The translations under genes and the position numbers were made by a program. A model generated the notes under the pieces. It was not told the DNA's origin. It was given only the letters and a program-made list of their open reading frames with translations, and ran no database searches. Shown piece after piece: positions 36,371-45,593 of a DNA stretch of 64,000 bases. The DNA is from a virus, in IMG/VR virus record IMGVR_UViG_3300047510_001668, positions 64,001 through 128,000 of that record. One strand, written 5' to 3'. Every line of letters begins with the position of its first letter. Positions within the stretch are counted from its first letter, which is position 1.

Positions 36371-36978
36371 GGCAACTTACGAAGTTTGTTTACACTATCC
36401 AATGGTACTTTGTGCATTTCAAATGACTTGGAACGTTCTGGAACATTGGGAAACACATAGGCTTCGGTTAGATTTTTGTAACGAATCACCTTCCAACAAT
36501 GTGTGGGAACTGCCACCCGGGTGATTTTGAATGCTTCACCGACACATCCTGCCTTTACGATGACTGAATCATTTTCTACTGCAAGAATTCTAGTCCATTC
36601 TTCCAAGTTCTTCCATTGACCACGATTCAATCCGGGATATTGTGGCGCCATGTTGGTGAAGTAGAAACTTTCTGCCATATGTTTTTCATTGCACCGTGCA
36701 TCTGCTGCAGGTGAAATGTGTCCACGGTCAAATCCTGTTTTGACATAATCATCATCCACATCACTGTCTTTTTTCACTTGTGGGTCTGGTAGGAACTTGT
36801 CTGTTCTTTTTGTTGGATTCTTACATTCCAACTTGCTACGAGTAACCACCCACTCCACAAGAACAGGATATTTCTTGCTCTTGGAAAACACAGATTCATA
36901 GTTGCCATGCTTCACACGAACGGTATCTTGTGCTTCTACAGATGTTGCCAATAGGAACAACAATAGGAATTTTTTCAT
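36367..36978 (-). CDS. secreted DNA/RNA non-specific endonuclease (NucA/EndoG family)
   Basis: Signal peptide; DRGHISP, FYFTNMAPQ..LNRGQWKNLE, VPTHCWK. Confidence 0.93.
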   Translation of the reverse strand: MKKFLLLFLLATSVEAQDTVRVKHGNYESVFSKSKKYPVLVEWVVTRSKLECKNPTKRTDKFLPDPQVKKDSDVDDDYVKTGFDRGHISPAADARCNEKHMAESFYFTNMAPQYPGLNRGQWKNLEEWTRILAVENDSVIVKAGCVGEAFKITRVAVPTHCWKVIRYKNLTEAYVFPNVPERSKSFEMHKVPLDSVNKLRKLP

Positions 36979-36984
36979 GATGAA

Positions 36985-37695
36985 TTAGTTTGCGAAGATT
37001 TTTTTACGAATCATTCTGGTGATGATTTTTGCTGATGCATCTTCCAATGCCTTCTTGGTGCTGGTGCCAATGGTGCTTTGATTGAATTTCACTTCTCCGA
37101 AGTTGTCATCATTCATCAATGTCAACTCACGAACAGTGGTGGCCACACCTAGTCCTGAACCTGTGAAGTATTCACCTGTTTCAGCATCCACAAACTTCAC
37201 TTGAAGTCCCAAACGGGTGACCATCTTGTTCTTCACACCATCCTTCAGATTCACTGTTTCATCTTCTGACACAGAGAAATCATAGACTTCAATGTAGGCG
37301 AAGTATCGTGCCAACTTAATCTTGCCACGACCATCCAGTTTGTTTTCTGTGATGCCTGATTGTGATGCTTGAAATTGCTTCACCATTCTGTTTTTGATTT
37401 CCGTCTTGTCTTCCGTGAAGGTGAACCGATTGGTTTCTTCCAGAAATTCCACCACGATGTTGGTGACACCCAGACCCACACGCTTGTCCTTCAGCTCTGG
37501 ATACATGGCGTACACTTCTTCACTGATACCCAAGCTTAACAATTGGATGGGAACTTTTGGTCCTTCATAATCCATCAAGGCATTGATGTCAGTTTTTTGT
37601 TCAAATGATGCACGATATTCTTCCGTCTTGGTGGTGCCAACTACTTGTGCTGAAAGTAGTGTTGGAACTAGTAGCAATGTGAGTAATTTTTTCAT
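36985..37695 (-). CDS. CsgG/HfaB-like outer-membrane protein
   Basis: Signal peptide; LG.TNIVVEFLEETNRF, EVYDFS, LQVKFVDAETGE...G.G.A. Confidence 0.75.
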   Translation of the reverse strand: MKKLLTLLLVPTLLSAQVVGTTKTEEYRASFEQKTDINALMDYEGPKVPIQLLSLGISEEVYAMYPELKDKRVGLGVTNIVVEFLEETNRFTFTEDKTEIKNRMVKQFQASQSGITENKLDGRGKIKLARYFAYIEVYDFSVSEDETVNLKDGVKNKMVTRLGLQVKFVDAETGEYFTGSGLGVATTVRELTLMNDDNFGEVKFNQSTIGTSTKKALEDASAKIITRMIRKKIFAN

Positions 37696-37703
37696 TGGAT
37701 ATC

Positions 37704-38576
37704 CTAAAATTGAAATTGTGTTCCCACCATGAATATAACTGGATTACTTTTTTTGTATCCTACTGATTCGCCAAATTTGTCAAGTGTGGTGTTCAATCTG
37801 ATGTTGGTGTTCAATACAAATCGTTTTGTGATTTTCCAATCCACAGATGTTCCGTAATACACATCTAAATTGAAATCACTGAAATATGCAATATTGGTTA
37901 TACCATTTTTGTAAACCTTGTGTATATCGCTAAGTGCAAATATCTGTGGTGAGATGTTCACCTTGTCTGTTTTGAAGGTGTAGGTGTACATCAGCATGGC
38001 TCTGGTTACTACTTGACTGGATGCTGGATTCATGGGATAGATGTTCTTCACCCAGTTTCCTTGTTCATCCACTATATATTCCCCTTGCCATGCACCCTCA
38101 TATTCTCCCCAAAAAGTCTTGGACACATTCACAGTAGCACCAAATGTACCAAATGTTTTTGTTGGAAACAATTCTATCACGGAAAGTGTGATGTTCTTTT
38201 GAAAATCAAAATCCGTGGAAACAAATGCTTGGAGCGTGGAGGTTACATGATTGGTGTTTCTGGTAATTCCATAACCAGCACCATAATAATCCCAAGCAGG
38301 ATTTAGTGATGTTAGGAAGGATTGACTCCATGCTCCAGACAATGAAGATTTGTTGTATCCTAGATTCAAAGTTGTAGACACCTGTTCACCAACGATGCTT
38401 ACAGATAGATTGGAGGATGACAACACATCTTTTTGAAAATCCACATACGATTGCACTACACCAATACCATTCCACGCAGAACTTGCTTCAAACAATTCTT
38501 TGGGTGATAGTTTTACTGTATCAGCTTGTGCCATCAACAATGACGGAACCAAAAACAACCATAATAATTTTTTCAT
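37704..38576 (-). CDS. secreted beta-barrel-like outer-membrane protein
   Basis: Signal peptide; alternating aromatic strands; C-terminal GTQFQF. Confidence 0.65.
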   Translation of the reverse strand: MKKLLWLFLVPSLLMAQADTVKLSPKELFEASSAWNGIGVVQSYVDFQKDVLSSSNLSVSIVGEQVSTTLNLGYNKSSLSGAWSQSFLTSLNPAWDYYGAGYGITRNTNHVTSTLQAFVSTDFDFQKNITLSVIELFPTKTFGTFGATVNVSKTFWGEYEGAWQGEYIVDEQGNWVKNIYPMNPASSQVVTRAMLMYTYTFKTDKVNISPQIFALSDIHKVYKNGITNIAYFSDFNLDVYYGTSVDWKITKRFVLNTNIRLNTTLDKFGESVGYKKSNPVIFMVGTQFQF

Positions 38577-38875
38577 TATTCTTCCCCTTCACCAGCCTTT
38601 GCTTGCTTGACTGCTGTTGGTGAGAACTTTTCCAATCCTGCGATACCGAATGAACCTAATGTGATGACCATGAATGAATTGTATACGAATTCATGAATTT
38701 CCAATGGAATACCCATAACACCTGTTACAAGGTCCACCAAAGAATACAAGGTCATCACTGCAAATGATAGGAAACCAATTACTGTCTTTTCGTTATATTC
38801 ATTGTTATCTTGGAAGATTTGTGAAAACTTTGATAACAATCCTTTTTGAATTTGTTTTGCGTCCATGTTAGCCAC
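38576..38875 (-). CDS. small 2-TM protein (holin-like)
   Basis: Two hydrophobic helices, GSFGIAGLEKF. Confidence 0.6.
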   Translation of the reverse strand: MANMDAKQIQKGLLSKFSQIFQDNNEYNEKTVIGFLSFAVMTLYSLVDLVTGVMGIPLEIHEFVYNSFMVITLGSFGIAGLEKFSPTAVKQAKAGEGEE

Positions 38876-39275
38876 CTAGTGTGTTGGAGAATGATTGACC
38901 ATCTTCTTCATCCATCTTTTGTACTAACATCTTGTCCTTGTCGGTGTCTGAGAACCAGTAGTCAATAATCTTACCGTATGAACCGATGAAGGCACCGAGC
39001 ATAAGAAGGAGAAGTTCCTTCCATTCTCCGTCAATTGCTGTTTGATTGTATACTGCCATGGTGATACCTGCCACAATCATCATGAATGTGATGAGAACAA
39101 TTGCCGTGATGTTCCAACGGCGTGTCATCATCTTGAACAACATTTCTTGGAACTTGCTTTCTTGTGCTGCTGATTTTTCTGTTGGTGTAGTCATTGGTGT
39201 TTCCTCAATAGGGAGTGCATCTAGAACCGAAACTTCAGTTTCTTCAGATGTTGTAATTTCTTCTTCATTTCGCAT
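38868..39275 (-). CDS. 2-TM membrane protein
   Basis: Two helices, GAFIGSYGKIIDYWF. Confidence 0.65.
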   Translation of the reverse strand: MRNEEEITTSEETEVSVLDALPIEETPMTTPTEKSAAQESKFQEMLFKMMTRRWNITAIVLITFMMIVAGITMAVYNQTAIDGEWKELLLLMLGAFIGSYGKIIDYWFSDTDKDKMLVQKMDEEDGQSFSNTLGG

Positions 39276-39406
39276 AATTCAATCTCCTTGTTAGTGTAAT
39301 CGGATTCATAATAAAAGAATCCCCAGCCTGGATAGACAGGTTCTTTTTTTGCCATCCGTTCTACACGTTCTCCGTAATCCTTAACTTCTTCGGGAGTCAT
39401 GATGGC

Positions 39407-39682
39407 TTACCAAAGAGGTTCTTTCTTCAAGTGGTCATCTTTCTTGGGAGCTGGCTTGGCAGGAGCTGCTGCGCCGCCACCTGAACCGCCACCCTTCACC
39501 GTGTTGTTGTTTTCCAGATTGATGACCACAGGTGCCACTGCGGGTGCAGGAGCTGGAGCTGCTGCTTCATCACCACCCATCAATTGCTTACCAATGACAC
39601 CTGCAATGGCTGTCACGATGATGGTTACCAACCCGATAATGGCGTTCTTCAATCCACCGCCACCTTGTGCTTCGTCTGACAT
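39407..39682 (-). CDS. single-TM protein with Pro/Ala linker
   Basis: TM then APAPAPAVAP, GGSGGG. Confidence 0.65.
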   Translation of the reverse strand: MSDEAQGGGGLKNAIIGLVTIIVTAIAGVIGKQLMGGDEAAAPAPAPAVAPVVINLENNNTVKGGGSGGGAAAPAKPAPKKDDHLKKEPLW

Positions 39683-39691
39683 GATTACCTC

Positions 39692-40069
39692 CTAATGTTT
39701 AATGATAACGGGCACCTTGGTCATGTTGCCATTAGTGTCCATAAGGGTTAAATCGTAGGAACCATTGGCAATCTTGGTGTAGTCCAATGTTTTCTCTACG
39801 GTGCTGCCACCTGCTGTGAAGCCATGATTATCTACCATCTCACCTTTGATGTTCACCAATTGAAGCGTGTACATGGCTCCTGGTGTGACATCCAATGTTA
39901 CTTTTACTTTATCACTTACTGTCATTGATGAAAGACTTACAATTTTTGTTGAAGCTGATTCACGACCCAGATAGGTTTCATCAATGAATTTTGGGTTGGT
40001 GATGTAATTCGTATCAAAACATCCTACACAAAGAATAACAATTACTGAGTACTGGATGAGTTTTTTCAT
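39692..40069 (-). CDS. lipoprotein with Ig/T9SS-CTD-like fold
   Basis: VGC lipobox; YTLQLVNIKGEMV, NGSYDLTL. Confidence 0.65.
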   Translation of the reverse strand: MKKLIQYSVIVILCVGCFDTNYITNPKFIDETYLGRESASTKIVSLSSMTVSDKVKVTLDVTPGAMYTLQLVNIKGEMVDNHGFTAGGSTVEKTLDYTKIANGSYDLTLMDTNGNMTKVPVIIKH

Positions 40070-42105
40070 GGATTCCGGAAGAAGTTTGCACCAATGAGCT
40101 TGATGACGGTGGTGTTGAGATTGACGCCTACTTGATTTCCTTTGTCATCAGCAGCATCCATGGTGGGACGAATTAGAACAGAAGTGTTCAGATCCACACC
40201 TGGTTGCAATGCTGAGAAATGTAACTTGAAAGGTACAAGGTTTTGTCCTGTCATGGTGTTTTTCAACTCACGGTCAAGAGCACCAAATCTAACAACATTA
40301 CCCATGGGATGAACAAATGACACCCAGCTTGGTGTGTTGATGTCCATTTTTTCAAACTTCACTTTTGTTGCATCATATTCCACTTCAAATTGCAATCCTG
40401 TCAACTTCAATGTCTTGGTGTCCACAGTGAATGGGATGGCAATGGTGTTGCCTGTCACCACAACATTGTTCAACTGCACATCTATGCTTTGTCCGCTAGG
40501 AACTATTAGATTACCCCATTCGTAGATAGCTGCTTGTTGTTCTGTGACCAATGAAGAATGTGATAGATTCACATCACCCTTCAATGCGTAACGAAGGTCA
40601 AGGGTTTGTTCACTTGTAGTGGTTCGTGCGTGAACGTATCCTGATGTTTTATTACTGAACTTTGCATTGATGCGAAGTGCGTAATCTACATTTTGATTAT
40701 TGACATTTCTAATATTATTATTGAATACTGATGTGCCATTTGTTACTTTGGTGAAACTTGACGCAATCTTATAGAATGCCCAACTTGCATCACTTGACAT
40801 AAAGGTGACAGGTCCGTTATACACATCAAGAATATTCATCCACTTCACAGATGAAGGTGTGACCCCTGCTGGGAATTCACGCATATCCACATAGAATCTG
40901 GATTGACCTGCACCATATCCGTTCAAATTGATGATGGCATATTCCACTTCACCTGGAATGATATCAATAGTTTTGCCTGTCATCAAATCATTCCAATTGG
41001 TCAATGGTGTGTTGTCGTAATCTGCACCGTGGAACAATGGAATACTGATACTACAATTTGCTGCACAACCTGCTGGTGGTGCCATAATGGTATCCAATCC
41101 AGTTACGGCGTTGAATAACACTTGAACATCCCCACCATCAAATACACCATCGTTATTGACATCTGCTGCCCAATACTTCATACCCTTGTTGATGTTGTTG
41201 TTCTTGAATGTCTTATCAAGATTTTGGGTAATCCATTCTTGTTGTGCTGCTGTAAAGTCAGAGATAGTGGTTGCTGCCAAACTTAGTGGTGCTAAACTAT
41301 CTGCTGGTAATACCAATCGGAACTTGTATGGTGAGTTCACTTGCAGTTGTTGTGCAAAAGCAAATTGCCCATTACCACCCACCGCTGCATTAGCAACTTC
41401 TGTGGGTTGTGCCAATGTATCGGTAATAGACAACCGCATCAAATTTTTCAATCCTGCGGTAGTATTTGCACTATGTTTTACTTCACCGACAATCAAGTTG
41501 TTTGCGTTAGGTGCTAAATCAATCCACACACCTTTTGCCCCAACATTTTCTGTATTAGTCATGGTTTGACCATTCACATCATACCCAACAGCAAAGTTCA
41601 TGTATACGGAATCGTATGGGAACCCTGCGTCCGTCTTGGTGATTCTGAAACGGAGTTTGATGTAAGTCGCGTGTTCCATGTTGGCGGCACTGGACACATT
41701 CACTTGGATACGATTGATGGCATGATACGGAACTGTAGTTTGATTACAGGTGTATTGTGCGTATTGATAGTTGGTCCAACCATTTGTTGTGGTATTTTGT
41801 GTTGTTCTGTTGAACTTACAATTTGGATAATAGTAGTTGGTGTAGGTGAAGTTTGCAGCTTGTGGAATACCTGCACCTGGCTGTACATCTAATAATGTGA
41901 TGGCATCCTTTTGATGCTGGAAATCAAAGAACACAGAACGAATGGTAGTGAAGTTGGGGTTCAACTTCACTTCCAAAGAAATTGTATCGTTTTTAGCGAT
42001 AGCACCACCATTAACATTTGTATTAATAGTATTACTGCCCCACCATAGGGCAGGTTGAGCCTGTAGTGCAATTGGCACCAACAGGAGTGCTAGAAATCTG
42101 TACAT
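40066..42105 (-). CDS. large secreted protein with cohesin-like and dockerin-like modules
   Basis: Signal peptide; AADVNNDGVFDGGD; IPFTV..LTGLQFEVEYDATKVKF; similar N-terminal module. Confidence 0.7.
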   Translation of the reverse strand: MYRFLALLLVPIALQAQPALWWGSNTINTNVNGGAIAKNDTISLEVKLNPNFTTIRSVFFDFQHQKDAITLLDVQPGAGIPQAANFTYTNYYYPNCKFNRTTQNTTTNGWTNYQYAQYTCNQTTVPYHAINRIQVNVSSAANMEHATYIKLRFRITKTDAGFPYDSVYMNFAVGYDVNGQTMTNTENVGAKGVWIDLAPNANNLIVGEVKHSANTTAGLKNLMRLSITDTLAQPTEVANAAVGGNGQFAFAQQLQVNSPYKFRLVLPADSLAPLSLAATTISDFTAAQQEWITQNLDKTFKNNNINKGMKYWAADVNNDGVFDGGDVQVLFNAVTGLDTIMAPPAGCAANCSISIPLFHGADYDNTPLTNWNDLMTGKTIDIIPGEVEYAIINLNGYGAGQSRFYVDMREFPAGVTPSSVKWMNILDVYNGPVTFMSSDASWAFYKIASSFTKVTNGTSVFNNNIRNVNNQNVDYALRINAKFSNKTSGYVHARTTTSEQTLDLRYALKGDVNLSHSSLVTEQQAAIYEWGNLIVPSGQSIDVQLNNVVVTGNTIAIPFTVDTKTLKLTGLQFEVEYDATKVKFEKMDINTPSWVSFVHPMGNVVRFGALDRELKNTMTGQNLVPFKLHFSALQPGVDLNTSVLIRPTMDAADDKGNQVGVNLNTTVIKLIGANFFRNP

Positions 42106-42106
42106 A

Positions 42107-42589
42107 TTACTCCGTGAGTTTAGTGATGAGGGCAATGCTGGACTTCTTCAATGCATTGCTTAAGCTCGTTTGATTGAACTTGCCGCCATTATCAATGATT
42201 AATGTTGACATGGACACTTCACTGGAACTTTCCTCCACAACAACTTCCTTCACTTTTTTGCCGTTCATCATCAGAGTACCCTTCATACGAATCACCACTG
42301 CCTCATCCCGCTTCTGAATGATGGACACGTTCTTCTTGGTGGTGAGCACATCCAGAAAGATGATTTCCACCTTCAACTTCAAAGGGGCTTCTTCAGTCAA
42401 TTCATATTCTTGTTCTAATAGGGCTTCTTCCAAGATGTTCTTCACGCCGAATTCCAAATTACGATTGCCAGCTACTGGACCAATCATCACCTTGTTTTCT
42501 ACTTTTTCCACACTGATTTTCTTTTCTGCGTTCAAAGGCATGATGGTCATCATGCTGTTCATAACGATACCCAGAATCATGGATATCAT
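42107..42589 (-). CDS. secreted alpha/beta protein (CsgG/FlgT-like fold possible)
   Basis: Hydrophobic N-terminus; LEFGVKNILEEALLEQEY, FNQTSLSNALKK shared with 36985 gene ending. Confidence 0.6.
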   Translation of the reverse strand: MISMILGIVMNSMMTIMPLNAEKKISVEKVENKVMIGPVAGNRNLEFGVKNILEEALLEQEYELTEEAPLKLKVEIIFLDVLTTKKNVSIIQKRDEAVVIRMKGTLMMNGKKVKEVVVEESSSEVSMSTLIIDNGGKFNQTSLSNALKKSSIALITKLTE

Positions 42590-42611
42590 TGCTAGTCTCC
42601 GGAATAGGGAA

Positions 42612-42651
42612 ACCCCGTGATTTCTACGTCATAATGTAAAAATCACGGGGT
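42612..42651. terminator. long hairpin in operon leader
   Basis: ACCCCGTGATTT...AAATCACGGGGT 12 bp stem. Confidence 0.6.
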
Positions 42652-42669
42652 CGTCAGTTGTACTACAGT

Positions 42670-42677
42670 TATTTATA
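42670..42677 (-). promoter_or_regulatory. late promoter TATAAATA heading the secreted-protein operon
   Basis: Exact consensus. Confidence 0.8.
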
Positions 42678-43160
42678 TTAAATATATTGAGACACCAACA
42701 CTTCCTTCAATCTGTCTGCTGCAACTGATGCTGCGAACGCATTTGGCTTGATTTGAGGGGTCATTTGACACACACCCTTGATGTAGCCCATGGCCTGTTG
42801 AACCACAGCATTGCTGCCATGTTCTTCACCAGGATTGATGTCAAGATGAATTTCTACTTGACGATCCACCAGCACCTCTGCCAGTTTCAGATACAGCTCA
42901 GACACCTTGTACACCTCAGTCATCAGACGCACCACAGGACGATCCTGCCGTTGGTCAAAGTCCTGCTCTGTTTGCACCTCACCAAATATCTTGCAGCCGT
43001 GACACCCATCCAGGTGCACCACAACTGCCAATGTGTAATCCGCCATCCAACGCCCATTCTTCATATACCGTTCTGAGTCTGCGCCGAGATACACCCTGGT
43101 CTCTGGGCTTTGTTGGCGGATGTATTCCATCACCTTGTCATAATCAAGTGGATTTCTCAT
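42678..43160 (-). CDS. RNase H-like YkuK family (DUF458)
   Basis: VYLGADS, RLMTEV, VEIHLDIN, SN.VV..AMGYIKG, IKPNAFAAS.AAD. Confidence 0.85.
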   Translation of the reverse strand: MRNPLDYDKVMEYIRQQSPETRVYLGADSERYMKNGRWMADYTLAVVVHLDGCHGCKIFGEVQTEQDFDQRQDRPVVRLMTEVYKVSELYLKLAEVLVDRQVEIHLDINPGEEHGSNAVVQQAMGYIKGVCQMTPQIKPNAFAASVAADRLKEVLVSQYI

Positions 43161-43162
43161 AA

Positions 43163-43264
43163 TTACTGGGTTACAAGTTCACGTTCTGTCTCTCCGAACC
43201 TTCTGCGATACACTGTCTTGCCACCATCGGGTGATTCATAAATCCATACTTCCTGTTCTGTCAT
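43163..43264 (-). CDS. 33-aa conserved phage peptide (not in track)
   Basis: MTEQEVWIYESPDGGKTVYRR; AGGAGG RBS. Confidence 0.7.
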   Translation of the reverse strand: MTEQEVWIYESPDGGKTVYRRRFGETERELVTQ

Positions 43265-43280
43265 ACATCCTCCTGAGTGA

Positions 43281-43352
43281 CGGGCCCACTAGGACTCGAA
43301 CCTAGAACGACGGTTTTGGAGACCGCTGTGTTACCAATTACACCATGAACCC
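43281..43352 (-). tRNA. tRNA-Trp(CCA)
   Basis: Cloverleaf, loop CT-CCA-AA. Confidence 0.92.
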
Positions 43353-43353
43353 A

Positions 43354-43428
43354 AGGGCGAGGCGGGATTCGAACCCGCGGTTTTAGAGTTTTGCAGACTC
43401 TTGCATTGGGCCACTCTGCCACCCGCCC
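43354..43428 (-). tRNA. tRNA-Cys(GCA)
   Basis: Cloverleaf, U73. Confidence 0.92.
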
Positions 43429-43434
43429 GTATGC

Positions 43435-43587
43435 TTATCTATATTGCTCTGTGGCCATGGCTTTCTGAATGTCTCCTCCTTGTAGAGGATCCTCAGATGA
43501 TGAGCGGGTCAAGGTGAAGGCAAAAATTAAAAAAATCACCAAAGCAATAAATGAAATGATGTTAGGTAAGTTATCTTTGTTTTCCAT
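43435..43587 (-). CDS. small single-TM protein
   Basis: MENKDNLPNIISFIALV...; AGGAGG RBS. Confidence 0.6.
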   Translation of the reverse strand: MENKDNLPNIISFIALVIFLIFAFTLTRSSSEDPLQGGDIQKAMATEQYR

Positions 43588-43604
43588 ACATCCTCCTGTA
43601 GAAG

Positions 43605-43677
43605 TCGAGGAGACAGGACTCGAACCTGCGACATCCTGCTCCCAAAGCAGGCACTCTACCAACTGAGCTACTCCTCG
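43605..43677 (-). tRNA. tRNA-Pro(TGG)
   Basis: Cloverleaf. Confidence 0.92.
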
Positions 43678-43685
43678 ATGATTGT

Positions 43686-43713
43686 AATATACAACATTTC
43701 TTTCATTTGTCAA
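43686..43713 (-). promoter_or_regulatory. early promoter inside tRNA cluster
   Basis: TTGACA-16-TATATT. Confidence 0.6.
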
Positions 43714-43716
43714 GCA

Positions 43717-43790
43717 CGCGCCTGAAAGGATTCGAACCTATAACCTTCTGATCCGTAGTCAGATGCTCTATCCAGTTGAGCTACAAGCGC
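43717..43790 (-). tRNA. tRNA-Arg(ACG)
   Basis: Cloverleaf. Confidence 0.92.
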
Positions 43791-43794
43791 CTGA

Positions 43795-43867
<73 letters not shown>

Positions 43868-43869
43868 AG

Positions 43870-43944
43870 GGTGACTGACGGGATTCGAACCCGCGACCCT
43901 CGGAACCACAATCCGATGCTCTAACCAGCTGAGCTACAATCACC
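43870..43944 (-). tRNA. tRNA-His(GTG)
   Basis: Cloverleaf with encoded G-1:C73. Confidence 0.93.
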
Positions 43945-43945
43945 A

Positions 43946-44022
43946 TGGAGTCCTTGGCGAGACTTGAACTCACAACCCGCTCCTTAGGACGGAGCCGCTC
44001 TATCCAGTTGAGCTACAAGGAC
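43946..44022 (-). tRNA. tRNA-Arg(CCT)
   Basis: Cloverleaf, CCA encoded. Confidence 0.9.
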
Positions 44023-44023
44023 A

Positions 44024-44113
44024 CGGACAGAGAGGGATTCGAACCCTCGGTACAGCTTTTGACCGTACGGCGGTTTAGCAAACCGCTGCCTTAAGCCTCT
44101 CGGCCATCTGTCC
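44024..44113 (-). tRNA. tRNA-Ser(GCT)
   Basis: Long variable arm. Confidence 0.92.
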
Positions 44114-44115
44114 AA

Positions 44116-44189
44116 CGCTCCTGGAGGGACTCGAACCCCCAACCCACTGAGTAGAAATCAGTTGCGCTATCCAATTACGCCACAAGAGC
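44116..44189 (-). tRNA. tRNA-Arg(TCT)
   Basis: Cloverleaf. Confidence 0.9.
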
Positions 44190-44192
44190 AAG

Positions 44193-44266
44193 TACACCAG
44201 GCTAGAGTTGAACTAGCGACCCCCGGTGTATCAGACCGGTGCTCTAACCAGCTGAGCTACTGGTGT
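44193..44266 (-). tRNA. tRNA-Ile(GAT)
   Basis: Cloverleaf. Confidence 0.9.
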
Positions 44267-44269
44267 GTA

Positions 44270-44353
44270 TGGGAGTGGAAGGATTCGAACCTACTAGGCC
44301 TATTGGCGACAGATTTACAGTCTGTTGTAGTCCTCCAGCTCTACAGCACTCCC
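44270..44353 (-). tRNA. tRNA-Tyr(GTA)
   Basis: Long variable arm, atypical D arm. Confidence 0.88.
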
Positions 44354-44533
44354 CTACTTCAGTTCCTCTACTTCTATCATGATGTTGCCACGTGCACCTA
44401 CAGAAGGCCAAAAAGCAATATCAAATTTATTGAAATCCAATTTTCCTAATGCTTCTTCCACACTAGTGACGGCTTCTTTTCTTGTGGTGTACTTACCTGG
44501 GACTGGAATGCCGTTATACTTTACAATGAACAT
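44354..44533 (-). CDS. hypothetical protein between tRNAs
   Basis: MFIVKYNGIP...; AAGGAG RBS. Confidence 0.6.
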   Translation of the reverse strand: MFIVKYNGIPVPGKYTTRKEAVTSVEEALGKLDFNKFDIAFWPSVGARGNIMIEVEELK

Positions 44534-44548
44534 GATGTCTCCTTGTGA

Positions 44549-44622
44549 TAGCTGAGGCCGGACTTGAACCGGCGACCCCGGCATTATGAGTGCCGTGCTC
44601 TAACCAGCTGAGCTACCCAGCC
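44549..44622 (-). tRNA. tRNA-Met(CAT), elongator type
   Basis: Paired 1-72, no initiator GGG/CCC anticodon stem; Ile2 not excluded. Confidence 0.82.
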
Positions 44623-44624
44623 AA

Positions 44625-44698
44625 CGGAATCGACGGGACTCGAACCCGCAACCCCCGCAGTGACAGTGCGGTGCGCTAACCGATTGCGCCACGACTCC
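44625..44698 (-). tRNA. tRNA-Asp(GTC)
   Basis: Cloverleaf. Confidence 0.92.
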
Positions 44699-44701
44699 AA
44701 G

Positions 44702-44773
44702 CTCCTCGGGCTGGACTCGAACCAGCAACCCTTCGATTAACAGTCGAATGCTCCACCGTTGAGCTACCGAGGA
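44702..44773 (-). tRNA. tRNA-Asn(GTT)
   Basis: Cloverleaf. Confidence 0.92.
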
Positions 44774-44774
44774 A

Positions 44775-44850
44775 TGGTGCCAAGAGACAGAATCGAACTG
44801 CCGACACGTGGTTCTTCAGACCACTGCTCTACCAACTGAGCTATCTTGGC
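44775..44850 (-). tRNA. tRNA-Phe(GAA)
   Basis: Cloverleaf, CCA encoded. Confidence 0.93.
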
Positions 44851-44856
44851 GTACAG

Positions 44857-44929
44857 AGCGAGCGATGGGGTTCGAACCCACGACATCAACGTTGGCAACG
44901 TTGCGCTCTACCAGCTGAGCTACGCTCGC
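44857..44929 (-). tRNA. tRNA-Gly(GCC)
   Basis: Cloverleaf. Confidence 0.92.
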
Positions 44930-44939
44930 AAACTACAAA

Positions 44940-45011
44940 TGCCCCGACTAGGACTCGAACCTAGAACCTGGTGATTAAGAGTCACATGCTCTACCATTGA
45001 GCTATCGAGGC
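44940..45011 (-). tRNA. tRNA-Lys(CTT)
   Basis: Cloverleaf; first 10 nt overlap HNH gene end. Confidence 0.88.
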
Positions 45012-45391
45012 GTTCTATAAGTTCTAGCAGATTTTCTTTTTCCTGTATTCTTAAAAGTTTTCTTTAGTGAGTGACAATTAGGACAGAGAACTCTTAAATT
45101 TTCACGTAAATTATTATAAGCATCACCATCAATATGGTCAACATCTAATGGTACAGTATTTGTATATGGATTTACATCACCCCAACCACATTCTGAACAT
45201 TGATGTTTTGCTTCTTCTAATAAAAATCTACGCATCCAGACAGGAACAGAAATACCACCTTTTCTTATAAAGTTTTTACCTTCTAACCATGTAGATATTG
45301 AACTCTTGTATTGAAATGCTTGTTGACATTTACCATCACAAAAAGTATTTCTACCTGGTATCTCTTTACTACAGTTTTTACAAGTTTTCAT
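45002..45391 (-). mobile_element. free-standing HNH homing endonuclease gene 1
   Basis: CSECG..LDVDHIDGDAYNNLRENLRVLCPNCH; AT-rich; own late promoter 45409-45416. Confidence 0.88.
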
Positions 45392-45423
45392 ACGACCTCC
45401 TATATATGTATTTATAAGGTCGT
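45392..45423 (-). promoter_or_regulatory. late promoter inside RBS-sequestering hairpin
   Basis: ACGACCT-TATAAATA-CATATATAGG-AGGTCGT-ATG. Confidence 0.8.
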
Positions 45424-45431
45424 GAACTTAG

Positions 45432-45504
45432 AGCTAGCAGTCGGAATCGAACCGACGACATCCTCATTACAAGTGAGGTGCTCTGCCAACTGAGCTATGC
45501 TAGC
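45432..45504 (-). tRNA. tRNA-Thr(TGT)
   Basis: Cloverleaf. Confidence 0.92.
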
Positions 45505-45517
45505 AAACATACAACAG

Positions 45518-45590
45518 AGCGAGCGATGGGACTCGAACCCACAACAACCTGCTTGGAAGGCAGGGACTCTAGCCATTGAGCTACGCTCGC
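45518..45590 (-). tRNA. tRNA-Gly(TCC)
   Basis: Cloverleaf. Confidence 0.92.
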
Positions 45591-45593
45591 AAG

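Noticed and set aside
44549-44622. Initiator tRNA
   Set aside because: 1-72 pair intact and no three G-C pairs in anticodon stem
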